Assembly (NCBI GenBank): GCA_964587785.1
Contig: CAZPMG010000001.1
Span: 60,567-99,249 of the forward strand
Origin: an uncultured Clostridia bacterium
GTDB taxonomy: Bacteria; Bacillota; Clostridia; Christensenellales; HGM11417
Length of the DNA: 38,683 nt
Direction of reading: 5' to 3'
In this document: positions 7,073-16,559 of the stretch, piece after piece
Layout: each line of letters opens with the position of its first letter
How positions within the stretch are numbered: the stretch's first letter is position 1
Made by a program: the position numbers and the translations under genes
The notes under the pieces: generated by a model
The model's input: the letters and a program-made list of their open reading frames with translations, nothing else
Database searches by the model: none
What the model was told of the DNA's origin: nothing

Positions 7073-7621
7073 TTAATCTACAAACTCCAGTATTACTACC
7101 TCGGCATTGTCACCGCGGCGAAAGCCCTTGCGCAGTATGCGGGTGTAGCCGCCGCCCTGACCCTTTTCCTCCGCGCGTGCGGCATACTTGGGAGCAAGCT
7201 CGTTGAAAATCTTTTCTGTCAGCGGATGGTTGATAGCGCCCGTGCGCAGCTTGTAGGCCGTCTTGTTTTCCTTTTTTACGCGGGGTTCCTGAAGGTCGCG
7301 CGTGTTTGCCATTATGCGGCGGCGCGCGCTCAGCTTTTTAGGCCCGTCGTTTGTGAACTCAACGGTCTTGGTGACATAAGTCTTTTCCTTTTTGCCGTCC
7401 TTGCCCTTTACAAACTTGACCTGCTTTACGGTCTTTGTCACCTTTACGCTGTCTTCATAGCTCTTTATCGCCAGCGTCAAAAGTTTTTCCGCCTGACGGC
7501 GCACCTCTTGTGCGCGCGCATAGGTTGTCTCTATCTTGGAATTCCAAAAAAATTCCGAAACCAGGTTCCTTAGTATGTGATTTCTCTGGTCGGTCGGCCT
7601 TCCCAACTTTTTGTTTGCCAT
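7073..7621 (-). CDS. rplQ: 50S ribosomal protein L17 (unusually long, 182 aa, with internal insertions)
   Basis: Conserved L17 N-terminal segment (LGRPTDQRNHILRNLV...IETT..RAQEVRR.AEKLLTLA) and C-terminal segment (GGYTRILRKGFRRGDNAEVVILEFV). It is the last gene after rpoA. Confidence 0.93.
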   Translation of the reverse strand: MANKKLGRPTDQRNHILRNLVSEFFWNSKIETTYARAQEVRRQAEKLLTLAIKSYEDSVKVTKTVKQVKFVKGKDGKKEKTYVTKTVEFTNDGPKKLSARRRIMANTRDLQEPRVKKENKTAYKLRTGAINHPLTEKIFNELAPKYAARAEEKGQGGGYTRILRKGFRRGDNAEVVILEFVD

Positions 7622-7635
7622 GTCCGTTAAACTCC

Positions 7636-8583
7636 TTATTCGTCTTTGCTTCGCAGACTCAGGTTGTAGCTTTGCAGTTTTTGGATGACCTCGTCAAGCG
7701 ACTTGCGCCCTAAGTTGCGCACCTTGAGCATGTCGTCCTCGGACTTTTTGATGAGGTCCTCCACCGTGTGGATGCCCGCCCGCTTGAGGCAGTTGTAAGA
7801 GCGCACCGACAGGTCCATGTCCTCTATGTTCATCTCAAGCACGCGTGTCTTGGGATTGTCAGGGCGGGCAACAAGGATGTCCACGTCGCTCATGCTGTCC
7901 TCTACAAACAGCTTGATGTGGTCTTCCATTATCTTTGCCGCAAGCGAGACAATCTCGCGCCCGGAGAACGCGCCGTTTGTGGTGACCTCGAGTATGAGCT
8001 TGTCATAGTCGATGCTCTGCCCTACGCGCGTGGACTCCACCTGATAGTTCACCTTTTTTACCGGTGTGTATATGGAGTCTACGGGGATAAAGTCGATGGG
8101 GTTCTTTTCGTTTTTGTTTGTCTCAGCCGTCTTGTAACCGCGGCCGCGCCCTATGGTAAGCTCTAAATCCAGTACGCCGTTCTCGTCAAGAGTGGCAATA
8201 TACAGGTCGGGATTGAGAATCTCTACCTCGGCGTCGGGCGCAAAGTCGCGCGCGTAAACCTCGCACGGGCCCTTTGCCTTGAGCGTGAGTGATTTTTTGT
8301 AATACTTGTCCGCAACCGAACACTTAACTGCCAGAGCCTTTATGTTGAGTATGATTTCGGTTACGTCCTCTTTTACGCCGGGGATAACGGAAAACTCGTG
8401 TTTAATCCCCTCTATGCGTATGCCCTGCGGCGCAACGCCGGGCAGCGATGAAAGCAGTATGCGGCGCAGCGCGTTGCCCAAGGTTATGCCAAAACCGCGC
8501 TCCAGCGGCTCGACAACTATTTTGGCGAACGAACGGTCCTCATTTTCCTCCACCGTCACTTTGGGCCTTTCTATTTCCATCAT
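7636..8583 (-). CDS. rpoA: DNA-directed RNA polymerase alpha subunit
   Basis: MMEIERPKV... N-terminal domain plus a C-terminal domain (DLSVRSYNCLKRAGI). I moved the start to ATG 8583 because the AAGGAGG RBS (8601..8595) lies inside the ORF-track extension to 8619. Confidence 0.95.
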   Translation of the reverse strand: MMEIERPKVTVEENEDRSFAKIVVEPLERGFGITLGNALRRILLSSLPGVAPQGIRIEGIKHEFSVIPGVKEDVTEIILNIKALAVKCSVADKYYKKSLTLKAKGPCEVYARDFAPDAEVEILNPDLYIATLDENGVLDLELTIGRGRGYKTAETNKNEKNPIDFIPVDSIYTPVKKVNYQVESTRVGQSIDYDKLILEVTTNGAFSGREIVSLAAKIMEDHIKLFVEDSMSDVDILVARPDNPKTRVLEMNIEDMDLSVRSYNCLKRAGIHTVEDLIKKSEDDMLKVRNLGRKSLDEVIQKLQSYNLSLRSKDE

Positions 8584-8663
8584 AATGCCAGGATACCTCC
8601 TTGTTTGGTCAGTTGCCAAAAGCGGAAAAACCGCCCGGCAACAAAACTGTAAAAACCGCCGCT

Positions 8664-9287
8664 TTACTTGGAGTAAAGCTCGACTATCATGTTTTCCGAG
8701 ATGTCAAGGTCAATGTCTGAACGCTCGGGAAGCGCAATAATCTTGCCTGTAAAGCTCTCTGCATCATACTCAAGCCACTTGGGCAGATTGAGTTTTTTGC
8801 TTTGGGAAAGAATCTTGAAATATTCGCGGTTTCTTCTGTTTTCCTTGACCGATATGATATCCCCGGCTTTGGTGACGTAAGAGGGAATGTTGACCGGCTT
8901 TCCGTTTACGGTAAAATGCGCGTGTGTAACCATCTGGCGTGCCTGCGCGCGCGAAACGCCCAGACCCATGCGGTACACAACGTTGTCCAGCCTCCTCTCA
9001 AGCAGGCTGAGCATGGTCTCGCCCGTTACGCCCTTCATGGACGCAGCGCGCTTGTATGTGCGGTGGAACTGCTTTTCCAGCATTCCGTAGCTCTTTTTGG
9101 TCTTTTGCTTTTCACGCAGCTGGAGTCCGTACTCGGACACCTTTTTCCTGCCCATGCCGTGCTGGCCCGGAGGCGTGGGACGGCGGACAACGGCGCACTT
9201 GCCGCTGTAGCAGCGCGCTCCCTTTAAAAATAACTTTGTGCCCTCGCGCCTGCAAATCCGGCAGGCCGAATCGGTATATCTCGCCAT
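8664..9287 (-). CDS. rpsD: 30S ribosomal protein S4 (N-terminal 4-Cys form)
   Basis: [16 protein letters not shown]...C..GKC followed by an S4 RNA-binding domain, at the conserved operon position. Confidence 0.97.
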   Translation of the reverse strand: MARYTDSACRICRREGTKLFLKGARCYSGKCAVVRRPTPPGQHGMGRKKVSEYGLQLREKQKTKKSYGMLEKQFHRTYKRAASMKGVTGETMLSLLERRLDNVVYRMGLGVSRAQARQMVTHAHFTVNGKPVNIPSYVTKAGDIISVKENRRNREYFKILSQSKKLNLPKWLEYDAESFTGKIIALPERSDIDLDISENMIVELYSK

Positions 9288-9305
9288 ATCTGGGAACTCC
9301 TCCTG

Positions 9306-9710
9306 TTAAACTCTTCTGCGCTTGGGCGGGCGGCAGCCGTTGTGCGGTATGGGCGAAACGTCTTGAATAAGAGTAACCTCAAGGTCGACGTTCTGAAGCG
9401 CGCGGATTGCCGCTTCCCTGCCCTGGCCGGGGCCCTTTACAAACACTTCTACCGAGCGCAGCCCGTAATCCTTGGCGGCGCGTGCAGCCTTTTCGGCCGC
9501 CATCTGCGCGGCAAAGGGCGTGCTCTTGCGCGAGCCGCGGAAGCCCAGGCTTCCCGAGGACGACCAGGACAGCGCATTGCCCTTTTCGTCGGTTATTGTT
9601 ACTATAGTGTTGTTGAAAGAGGAGTGAATGTGCGCGGCTCCCTTGTCAACCTGCTTGGTAATCTTGCGCTTTTTGGTTGCGGCAGATTTGCCGCCTCTGG
9701 GTGCAGCCAT
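9306..9710 (-). CDS. rpsK: 30S ribosomal protein S11
   Basis: [20 protein letters not shown] and [18 protein letters not shown] are hallmark S11 sequences. Confidence 0.97.
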   Translation of the reverse strand: MAAPRGGKSAATKKRKITKQVDKGAAHIHSSFNNTIVTITDEKGNALSWSSSGSLGFRGSRKSTPFAAQMAAEKAARAAKDYGLRSVEVFVKGPGQGREAAIRALQNVDLEVTLIQDVSPIPHNGCRPPKRRRV

Positions 9711-9713
9711 TTA

Positions 9714-10088
9714 TTAGCCCTCCTTCTTCTTTCTGCCCACGGTCTTTTTGGGGCCTTTCCTGGTGCGTGCGTTGCGCTTTGTGGACTGGCCGCGCACGGG
9801 CAGGCCGCGCCTGTGGCGCACGCCGCGGTAACAGCCGATTTCCATAAGGCGCTTTATGTTAAGCGCCACTTCGCGGCGGAGGTCGCCCTCTACCGTTATA
9901 TTTTTTTCGATATAATCCCTAATTTTAGCGACATCCGTCTCTGTCAAATCCTTGACGCGGACATCCGGGCTTATGCCCGATTCCTTCAGGATAAGGCTTG
10001 CCTTGGTCTTGCCTATTCCGTAGATATAGGTCAGTCCGATTTCCACCCTCTTTTCCCTTGGTAAGTCTACACCGGCAATACGTGCCAT
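9714..10088 (-). CDS. rpsM: 30S ribosomal protein S13
   Basis: [26 protein letters not shown]... is a canonical S13 N-terminus. Confidence 0.97.
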   Translation of the reverse strand: MARIAGVDLPREKRVEIGLTYIYGIGKTKASLILKESGISPDVRVKDLTETDVAKIRDYIEKNITVEGDLRREVALNIKRLMEIGCYRGVRHRRGLPVRGQSTKRNARTRKGPKKTVGRKKKEG

Positions 10089-10316
10089 CAGTACCAGTTA
10101 CCTCCGAATTAATTACTGTTTGCCGGGGCTTTGCCTCCGGGCTGCTTGCCTTGTCCGCCGAGATATTCGCGGCGTCTGCTTATAAAAATATATAATTCGC
10201 CCGCGCGCCCCGCCGCGTTTTTCAGGAATGTACGGCTAAGGTGCGTGCACGCGTTTTTTGCATTGCAGCTTTAAACGCCGCACGGAATTTGCCCGCACAG
10301 CGCGTATAAAAGCTTG

Positions 10317-10433
10317 TTAACCTTGGGTCTGCTTGTGTTTTTTGAACTTGCTGCAGATGACCATTACCTTTCCTTCTCTCTTGATAACCCGGCATTTGTC
10401 GCACATGGGTTTTACCGACGGCCTGACTTTCAT
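10317..10433 (-). CDS. rpmJ: 50S ribosomal protein L36 (zinc-binding C-x2-C...C...H form)
   Basis: Hand translation of the minus strand gives [38 protein letters not shown], 38 aa with a TAA stop. It is too short for the ORF track and sits at the conserved position between infA and rpsM. Confidence 0.93.
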   Translation of the reverse strand: MKVRPSVKPMCDKCRVIKREGKVMVICSKFKKHKQTQG

Positions 10434-10480
10434 TTTCGGTCTCCTTGTTGTTTTTTAAAACTTTGTGCCGCGGCCGCCGC

Positions 10481-10702
10481 TCAGGACTTGCCGCGCCAGA
10501 TTACCCTGCCCTTTGTGAGGTCATAGGGGCTCATTTCTATCTTTACCGTGTCGCCCGGCAGAATCTTGATATAGTGCATACGCAGCTTGCCGGATATATA
10601 TGCGGTTATTATGTGCCCGTTGGTAAGCTTGACCTTGAAATTGGCGTTGGGCAAAGCTTCGGTCACTATACCCTCGGCTTCAATCACGTCGTCTCTGGAC
10701 AT
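10481..10702 (-). CDS. infA: Translation initiation factor IF-1
   Basis: 73-aa S1-like OB fold: [66 protein letters not shown]. Confidence 0.97.
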   Translation of the reverse strand: MSRDDVIEAEGIVTEALPNANFKVKLTNGHIITAYISGKLRMHYIKILPGDTVKIEMSPYDLTKGRVIWRGKS

Positions 10703-11016
10703 TGTTTACCTCCGTTGTCTGTGCGGCCGGCGGCCGCCGTTGCTTGTTGCTGACTGCCATACGGCTTGAGCTGTTCGCGAAGAACTTTGTCGCTTAAAGT
10801 TCCGCTTTCAATTAGCTCTGCCGCTTGCGTAAGCTCGGTTCCGTCCGTGCGCAGGTGTCTGTGTTTCTTCTTTTTAGGGGACTGCAGCTTTCTGGTCTTG
10901 CCGTCCGCAATGAGCGCATACGTCCCGTCCGTACTGATGACGATAAAGCAGCGGTTCTTGTCTCTGCCCGCCTTGCTCCATACCACGCTTCCGGGGCGTA
11001 AGATATATTCCTTCAT
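10684..11016 (-). CDS. KOW-domain RNA-binding protein (the small conserved gene between map and infA in Firmicutes)
   Basis: [20 protein letters not shown]...[22 protein letters not shown] is the KOW/L14e-like pattern at the conserved position. Its 3' end overlaps the infA start by 19 nt. Confidence 0.75.
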   Translation of the reverse strand: MKEYILRPGSVVWSKAGRDKNRCFIVISTDGTYALIADGKTRKLQSPKKKKHRHLRTDGTELTQAAELIESGTLSDKVLREQLKPYGSQQQATAAAGRTDNGGKQCPETT

Positions 11017-11076
11017 AAGCCCTCCGGTTTTCAGCCTACGGGGTTAGCAACTATTTCCGGCTTGTCTTTCTTTGGG

Positions 11077-11820
11077 TTACAGGGTGAGAATTTCCGGCTT
11101 GCCGGCGGTCACCGCAACGGTGTTTTCGTAATGCGCGGACAGCTTTCCGTCCGCCGTAACCACGCTCCAACCGTCGCTCAGAAACTTTACGTCCCAGGTG
11201 CCTTGGTTTATCATGGGCTCTACCGCAAGCGTCATGCCCGCCCTCAGCCTCATGCCAAGCCCCGCCGTTACAAAGTTGGGAACCTGCGGGTCCTCGTGCA
11301 TACTGCGCCCGATTCCGTGTCCGGTGAGCGCGCGCACAACTCCGTAACCGTTGCTCTCCGCAGCGGTCTGCACCGCACGCGCGACGTCTGACAGCCTGTT
11401 GCCCTCGGTCATCTGCTCAACCGCTTTAAAAAAGCACTGCTCTGTGACCTCAATCAGCCGCTTGGCCTCCGCGCTTATTTCGCCCACTGCGAATGTGCGG
11501 GCGGCGTCGCCGTGGAACCCGTCTTTCTCCGCGCCGATGTCTATGCTTACGATATCGCCCTCTTCAAGCTTGCGCGAGGAAGGGATTCCGTGCACAACCA
11601 CCTCGTTTACCGATGCGCAGATGGATGCGGGATAGCCGTTGTAGTGCAAAAATGACGGGCGTGCGCCCTGCAAAATTATATAGTCGTAGGCAAGCTTGTC
11701 AAGCGCACGGGTGGTTATGCCCGGCTTGACGCTCTCTCTTACAAGTTCAAGCGCATCCTTGACTATCTTACCGGCACGGCGCATGAGTTCAATCTCCTGC
11801 GCGGATTTAATTGTTACCAT
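11077..11820 (-). CDS. map: Methionine aminopeptidase, type I
   Basis: It has the conserved metal-ligand context (DIVSIDIGA..DGFHGDAARTF, TGHGIGRSMHE, LAVEPMI). Confidence 0.96.
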   Translation of the reverse strand: MVTIKSAQEIELMRRAGKIVKDALELVRESVKPGITTRALDKLAYDYIILQGARPSFLHYNGYPASICASVNEVVVHGIPSSRKLEEGDIVSIDIGAEKDGFHGDAARTFAVGEISAEAKRLIEVTEQCFFKAVEQMTEGNRLSDVARAVQTAAESNGYGVVRALTGHGIGRSMHEDPQVPNFVTAGLGMRLRAGMTLAVEPMINQGTWDVKFLSDGWSVVTADGKLSAHYENTVAVTAGKPEILTL

Positions 11821-12436
11821 CTAATATTGCCCTGATTTTTGCAAAGGTGTTGTCTATAATATCGTCAGAGTGCACCGTAAACAGTACGCCCTTTTTTGTG
11901 TAATAATCTATGAGCGGCGCTGTCTGCCTGTCGTAAACCACCAGTCGCTCGGACACCACATCCGGGGCATCGTCGCTGCGCCTTATAAGCTGACCGCCGC
12001 AGTCCTTGCAGGATGTGCTGCCCTCAAGCGTCGCCGTGTGATACGGCGCTCCGCAGCCTGTGCATACCCGCCTGCCCGTCATGCGCTCCATTATGAACTG
12101 GCGGGGAACGGAAATATTTATTACCGCTTCCAGCCGGGCAAACCCTGACAGCGCATCCGCCTGCGGAAGCGTGCGGGGAAAGCCGTCAAGTATGAATCCG
12201 CCCTTGCAGTCTGGCTGTTGCAGCCTGCTCTTTACAAGACTGACAGTTACATCGTCCGGGACAAGCATGCCCCGGTCGATGTAACTTTTGGCCAGTTCGC
12301 CGAGAGGCGTATTTGCGCTCATGTCTGCGCGGAACAGGTCACCGGTGGATATATGCGGAAGAGAGTAGGCGGATGAAATCATCTTTGCCTGTGTTCCCTT
12401 GCCCGCGCCCGGCGCGCCCAATAATGCAATATTCAT
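11807..12436 (-). CDS. adk: Adenylate kinase (4-Cys zinc lid)
   Basis: P-loop GAPGAGKGTQA and a lid with CTGCG...CKDCGG. The 3' end overlaps the map start by 14 nt. Confidence 0.96.
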   Translation of the reverse strand: MNIALLGAPGAGKGTQAKMISSAYSLPHISTGDLFRADMSANTPLGELAKSYIDRGMLVPDDVTVSLVKSRLQQPDCKGGFILDGFPRTLPQADALSGFARLEAVINISVPRQFIMERMTGRRVCTGCGAPYHTATLEGSTSCKDCGGQLIRRSDDAPDVVSERLVVYDRQTAPLIDYYTKKGVLFTVHSDDIIDNTFAKIRAILDGNN

Positions 12437-12452
12437 TTGCCTGCGCCTTTAT

Positions 12453-13778
12453 TTAGCCCATGAAGCCCTTGTAATGCCTTGTCATTATCTGAGCCTCAAG
12501 CTGTTTGTCAAACTCAAGCGCCACTGACACGACTATTAAAAGGCCGGTTGTGCTGAATGCGTTGATAAGCCCAGCGTTGCCCTGAGATACCGCGGAGAAA
12601 ATCAGCGAAGGCACCAGTGCCACCAGCGCAAGGAATATTGCGCCGAACAGCGTAATGCGGTTGTTGATTTTTGCCAGGTACTCTGTTGTGGGCTTGCCCG
12701 GACGTATGCCTGGGATAAAGCCGCCGTATTGCTGTATGTTGCGGCTGACGTCCTCGGGGTTGAACTGTATCTGTGCGTAGAAGAACGCAAAGAATACGAT
12801 AAGTACAGCCACGATAAGCGCGTACAGCCAAGTGCCCGTGCCGAGGTAGGTTGCCCACCAGATTGCAAACCCGCCGTTGGGAGCTATCATGTTTGCAATA
12901 AGCTGAGGGAAGCTGAGCAGCGCGAACGCGAATATCAGGGGGAGAACGCCGCTTGCGTTTACCTTCATGGGGATGTGCGTGGACTGACCGCCGTACATCT
13001 TCCTGCCCTTTACCTGCTTGGCATATTGAACGGGAATCTTGCGCTCGGCAAGGTCCACGAACACTATCAGTGAGAATATAATTATTACTGTAGCTAAGAA
13101 GAATATCAAGCTCCAGATTTGCATCTGCTGATTTTGCGAGTCAGCAAGCCCCAGCGCCTGAGAAACCGTGGAGATGAGCGCGTTGCCCGCAGACGAGAGT
13201 ATGCCCACGAATATGAGCAGCGATATGCCGTTGCCCACGCCGTGCTCGGTGATGCGCTCGCCTATCCACATGGTGAATGCCGTGCCCGCACAGAATATGA
13301 TTATCAGCGCGATATATTGCAGCCAACCGAGGTGCGCCGGGAACAGCGAGGAATCTAAAAGTCCGCCGCTTACGCTGCTGCCAAGACCGACAAGTATACC
13401 TACGGCTTGGATTATTCCCAATATTATTGTTGCGTAACGGGTGTACTGCGCAATTTTCTTACGGCCGTCTTCACCCTGTTTTTGCAGGCGCTCAAGCGCG
13501 GGTATGCCCACGGTGAGCAGCTGCATGATAATTGAAGCATTGATGTACGGCCCGATACCCATGGCAAAGAAGGTTCCATACTGCAGCGACCCGCCGGTTA
13601 TGGCTGACATCAGCCCCATAAAGTCGTTGCCCTGTATGCTGGCGCTCATCGCGGCTACGTCAATACCGGGGATGGGTATCCAGCACCCCAGCCTGTAGAC
13701 GAGTATGAGACCCAGTGTGATGAAAATTTTCCTTCTGATTTCCTTGATTTTAAAGGCAGTCTTCAATGTTTCAAACAT
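12453..13778 (-). CDS. secY: Preprotein translocase subunit SecY
   Basis: 441-aa polytopic membrane protein with typical SecY segments (GIGPYINASIIMQLL, GERITEHGVGNGISLLIF). Its ATG overlaps the rplO stop (TAATG). Confidence 0.97.
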   Translation of the reverse strand: MFETLKTAFKIKEIRRKIFITLGLILVYRLGCWIPIPGIDVAAMSASIQGNDFMGLMSAITGGSLQYGTFFAMGIGPYINASIIMQLLTVGIPALERLQKQGEDGRKKIAQYTRYATIILGIIQAVGILVGLGSSVSGGLLDSSLFPAHLGWLQYIALIIIFCAGTAFTMWIGERITEHGVGNGISLLIFVGILSSAGNALISTVSQALGLADSQNQQMQIWSLIFFLATVIIIFSLIVFVDLAERKIPVQYAKQVKGRKMYGGQSTHIPMKVNASGVLPLIFAFALLSFPQLIANMIAPNGGFAIWWATYLGTGTWLYALIVAVLIVFFAFFYAQIQFNPEDVSRNIQQYGGFIPGIRPGKPTTEYLAKINNRITLFGAIFLALVALVPSLIFSAVSQGNAGLINAFSTTGLLIVVSVALEFDKQLEAQIMTRHYKGFMG

Positions 13779-14224
13779 TATAACACCTCAGCCTTTCCAC
13801 CGGCCTTTTCTATGGCCTCTTTTGCCGACTGGGAAAACTTTGCAGCCTTTACGGTGATTGCCTTTGTAAGCTCACCGCCGCCCAGTACTTTTAACCCGCG
13901 GTTGTCGTCAAAAAACTTGACCAGACCTGCCTCAATGAGGTTTTCGGCCGTAACAACCGAGCCCGCCTCAAGCGTCTCCAGCCTTGATAGATTTACCACA
14001 AGGTATTCCTTGCGCCACTTATTGTGGAAGCCGCGCTTGGGGATGCGCCTGATAAGCGGCATCTGACCGCCCTCAAAGCCCGGACGGACGCCGCCGCCGC
14101 TCCTTGCCCACTGACCCTTGTGCCCCTTGCCCGACGTCTTGCCAAGTCCGCTGCCTATGCCGCGGCCCAGCCTTTTTGCCGGTCTTGTTGCGCCGGGGTT
14201 GGGCGCTATTGTATGCATTCTCAT
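13778..14224 (-). CDS. rplO: 50S ribosomal protein L15
   Basis: [21 protein letters not shown] motif, with RBS AAGGAGA upstream. Confidence 0.96.
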   Translation of the reverse strand: MRMHTIAPNPGATRPAKRLGRGIGSGLGKTSGKGHKGQWARSGGGVRPGFEGGQMPLIRRIPKRGFHNKWRKEYLVVNLSRLETLEAGSVVTAENLIEAGLVKFFDDNRGLKVLGGGELTKAITVKAAKFSQSAKEAIEKAGGKAEVL

Positions 14225-14237
14225 AGTGGCGTCTCCT

Positions 14238-14429
14238 TCACTTAACTTCTTCCGCCGTCACCAGATGCCTGACCCTGTGGATCATGCCCCTGGTAGCCGC
14301 GTTGTCGGGAAGTATCTTGCTCTGGCGTATCTTCTTAAGCCCCAGCGCCTCGACCGTCGCCTTGTGAACTTCAAGGCCGCCTATGGTGCTGCGAACCAAT
14401 GTTACCTTTATCTGTTTGCCTTCAGCCAT
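14238..14429 (-). CDS. rpmD: 50S ribosomal protein L30
   Basis: [34 protein letters not shown]... is 63 aa. I set the start at ATG 14429, which is preceded by GGAGG. The ORF-track start at 14498 lies inside rpsE. Confidence 0.93.
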   Translation of the reverse strand: MAEGKQIKVTLVRSTIGGLEVHKATVEALGLKKIRQSKILPDNAATRGMIHRVRHLVTAEEVK

Positions 14430-14445
14430 GATATGTCGTCCTCCG

Positions 14446-14973
14446 TCAGCCCAGAATTTCTTCAACCGTGCGGCCGCGAAGCTTGGCGACATCCTCAACG
14501 GTTTTAAGACCCCTAAGCCCCTCCAGCGTAGCGCGTACGCAGTTGAAAGGGTTGTTGGTTCCGTGCGATTTTGTGCGAATATTCTTTATGCCGGCGGCCT
14601 CCATGACCGCACGGACAGGGCCGCCCGCTATTACGCCCGTTCCCTCTTCAGCCGGCATCATGAGCACGCTGCCGCGCCCGAATCTGCCGATTGTCTGATG
14701 GGGAATGGTCGTGCCCACGAGCTTTACCTCAAACAGCTTGCGCTTTGCTTCGGTAACAGCCTTTTCCACGGCCTCGGGAACTTCGCCCGCCTTGCCGGTG
14801 CCCATGCCTACGCGTCCGTTGCCGTCGCCAACCACCACCAGCGCAGAAAAGCGCATGGTGCGGCCGCCCTTGACAACCTTGGTGACGCGGTTGACGGCCA
14901 CCAGCTTGCGTATCATGTCATCTTTTTCTTCGGCGTTTCTGCGAGGGCCCCTTGAGTCTTCACGCTTTGCCAT
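14446..14973 (-). CDS. rpsE: 30S ribosomal protein S5
   Basis: [32 protein letters not shown] is the S5 dsRBD signature. Confidence 0.97.
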   Translation of the reverse strand: MAKREDSRGPRRNAEEKDDMIRKLVAVNRVTKVVKGGRTMRFSALVVVGDGNGRVGMGTGKAGEVPEAVEKAVTEAKRKLFEVKLVGTTIPHQTIGRFGRGSVLMMPAEEGTGVIAGGPVRAVMEAAGIKNIRTKSHGTNNPFNCVRATLEGLRGLKTVEDVAKLRGRTVEEILG

Positions 14974-14992
14974 AGTAAACTACTACCTCCGC

Positions 14993-15361
14993 TTAAAATT
15001 TAAGGCCGGCCGCTCTCGCGCCCTCGGCTAATGCGCTTACCCTGCCTGTGTAAAGGTAACCGCCGCGGTCGAACACTATGTTTTCAATGCCCAGACCCAG
15101 TGCTTTTTTGGCAACCTCTTCACCCACAATCTTGGATTGTTCGCGCTTGGTCTTGCCCTTAAGCGCGGATGCAAGCGCCTTCTCCATAGTGGAGCAGGCG
15201 GTAAGCGTGGTGCCTGCCTCGTCGTCAATGAGCTGGGCATAGATATGCCCCAAGCTGCGGTAGACGTTCAGGCGGGGCGTGGACGCCGTGCCGGAAATCT
15301 TGCCGCGCACGCGCTTGTGCCTCTTTAACCTTTCGATATTCTTATCTACTTTTTTAATCAT
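14993..15361 (-). CDS. rplR: 50S ribosomal protein L18
   Basis: [32 protein letters not shown] and the C-terminal [24 protein letters not shown]. Confidence 0.97.
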   Translation of the reverse strand: MIKKVDKNIERLKRHKRVRGKISGTASTPRLNVYRSLGHIYAQLIDDEAGTTLTACSTMEKALASALKGKTKREQSKIVGEEVAKKALGLGIENIVFDRGGYLYTGRVSALAEGARAAGLKF

Positions 15362-15373
15362 TTCTTCCGCTCC

Positions 15374-15916
15374 TTACTTGCCGGCAGTTTTGCCTTCTTT
15401 GCGGGCGATTACCTCGTCCTTGTAGCGAATGCCGTAAGCGTGGTAGGGGTCGGGACGGCGGATATCCTTGATGTTCGCGGCCGCCTGGCCCACCGAATCC
15501 TTGGAAATGCCGCTGACGGTCACCTCTGTGGGAGCGGTTACCTCTACTGCAACGTCCGAGGGAATCTCAAACTCCACCGGGTGTGAATAGCCCACGTTGA
15601 AAACTACCTTATTGCCCTGCTTTTGCACCTTGTAGCCTACGCCGTTGACGACCAGCACCTTGGTAAACCCGGTTGTTACGCCGGTGACCATGTTGGCAAG
15701 CAGAGCGCGGTACAAGCCGTGCTTTGCGCGTACGGTCTTTGCCTCTGAAAGGCGCGACACAACCGCTTGGCCGTCCTCTATATTAACTTGAATCTTGTTG
15801 TCGTCTACCCTCTGGCTAAGCTCGCCCTTGGGCCCCTTTACCTTGAGCTCGCCCTCGGTAAACGTAACAGTAACGCCCGCGGGCAGCTTTACGGGATTTC
15901 TTCCTATTCTGGACAT
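15374..15916 (-). CDS. rplF: 50S ribosomal protein L6
   Basis: MSRIGRNPVKLPAGVTV...VKGPKGEL and the C-terminal PDPYHAYGIRY. Confidence 0.97.
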   Translation of the reverse strand: MSRIGRNPVKLPAGVTVTFTEGELKVKGPKGELSQRVDDNKIQVNIEDGQAVVSRLSEAKTVRAKHGLYRALLANMVTGVTTGFTKVLVVNGVGYKVQKQGNKVVFNVGYSHPVEFEIPSDVAVEVTAPTEVTVSGISKDSVGQAAANIKDIRRPDPYHAYGIRYKDEVIARKEGKTAGK

Positions 15917-15931
15917 CTTGTAAACCTCCCG

Positions 15932-16336
15932 TTACCAGACGTAAGCAAGCACTTCGCCGCCCACTCCGATTTTTCTTGCCGCCTTGTCAGTGATAACACC
16001 CTTTGAGGTGGACAAAATGGCAACGCCTAAGCCGCCCAATACCTTGGGTATATCCTGCACGTTGGCATACACGCGCAGGCCGGGCTTGGAGATGCGCTTG
16101 AGTCCACCGATTACGCTGTCGCGTTTGCCGGCGTACTTGAGCGTCAGCCTGATGTGCTTGTAGGGCAGACCGGGCTGCTCAACAATCTCAGACTTCTCCA
16201 CAAAACCTTCGCTTACCAAAATTTCAGCGATGGCCTTTTTTATATTTGACGCAGGAATGTCAACGATCTCCTTCTTGGCGACCAGTGCGTTCCTGATTCT
16301 TGTCAGCATATCTGCAATTGGATCGGTTAAAGCCAT
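15932..16336 (-). CDS. rpsH: 30S ribosomal protein S8
   Basis: [13 protein letters not shown] ... GGEVLAYVW termini are canonical S8. Confidence 0.97.
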   Translation of the reverse strand: MALTDPIADMLTRIRNALVAKKEIVDIPASNIKKAIAEILVSEGFVEKSEIVEQPGLPYKHIRLTLKYAGKRDSVIGGLKRISKPGLRVYANVQDIPKVLGGLGVAILSTSKGVITDKAARKIGVGGEVLAYVW

Positions 16337-16351
16337 AATCTTACGCCCTCC

Positions 16352-16537
16352 TTACCAGCTGGACTTCTTTACGCCCGGTATCTGACCTTTGTAGGCCAGG
16401 TTGCGGAAGCAAATTCTGCATACGCCGTATTTTCTCAGCACCGAGTGCGGGCGACCGCATATGGTGCAGCGCGTGTAGGCACGCGTGGAGAACTTGGGCT
16501 TTTTTTGCTGCTTGTTTATCATAGCTTTCTTTGCCAT
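16352..16537 (-). CDS. rpsN: 30S ribosomal protein S14, short type-Z zinc form
   Basis: 61 aa with C-x2-C (CTIC) and C-x2-C (CRIC), ending in W. Confidence 0.96.
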   Translation of the reverse strand: MAKKAMINKQQKKPKFSTRAYTRCTICGRPHSVLRKYGVCRICFRNLAYKGQIPGVKKSSW

Positions 16538-16559
16538 AATTTTTTACCTTACCTCCGCT

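Noticed and set aside
8584-8619. ORF-track N-terminal extensions of rpoA. The same issue affects rplP (19134..19202), rpmD (14430..14498), tig (35880..35945) and the M23 peptidase (2173..2205).
   Set aside because: In each case a Shine-Dalgarno sequence and a conserved canonical N-terminus sit at an internal start. The extensions overlap upstream genes or contain the RBS.
9342-10064. 240-aa plus-strand ORF, with similar cases at 31429..32172, 4954..5613, 14383..14955, 35163..35624 and others.
   Set aside because: All are antisense or off-frame shadows of confidently identified genes (rpsK/rpsM, lon, feoB, rpsE, tig). Their compositions are Arg/Ala/Cys-biased and not protein-like.
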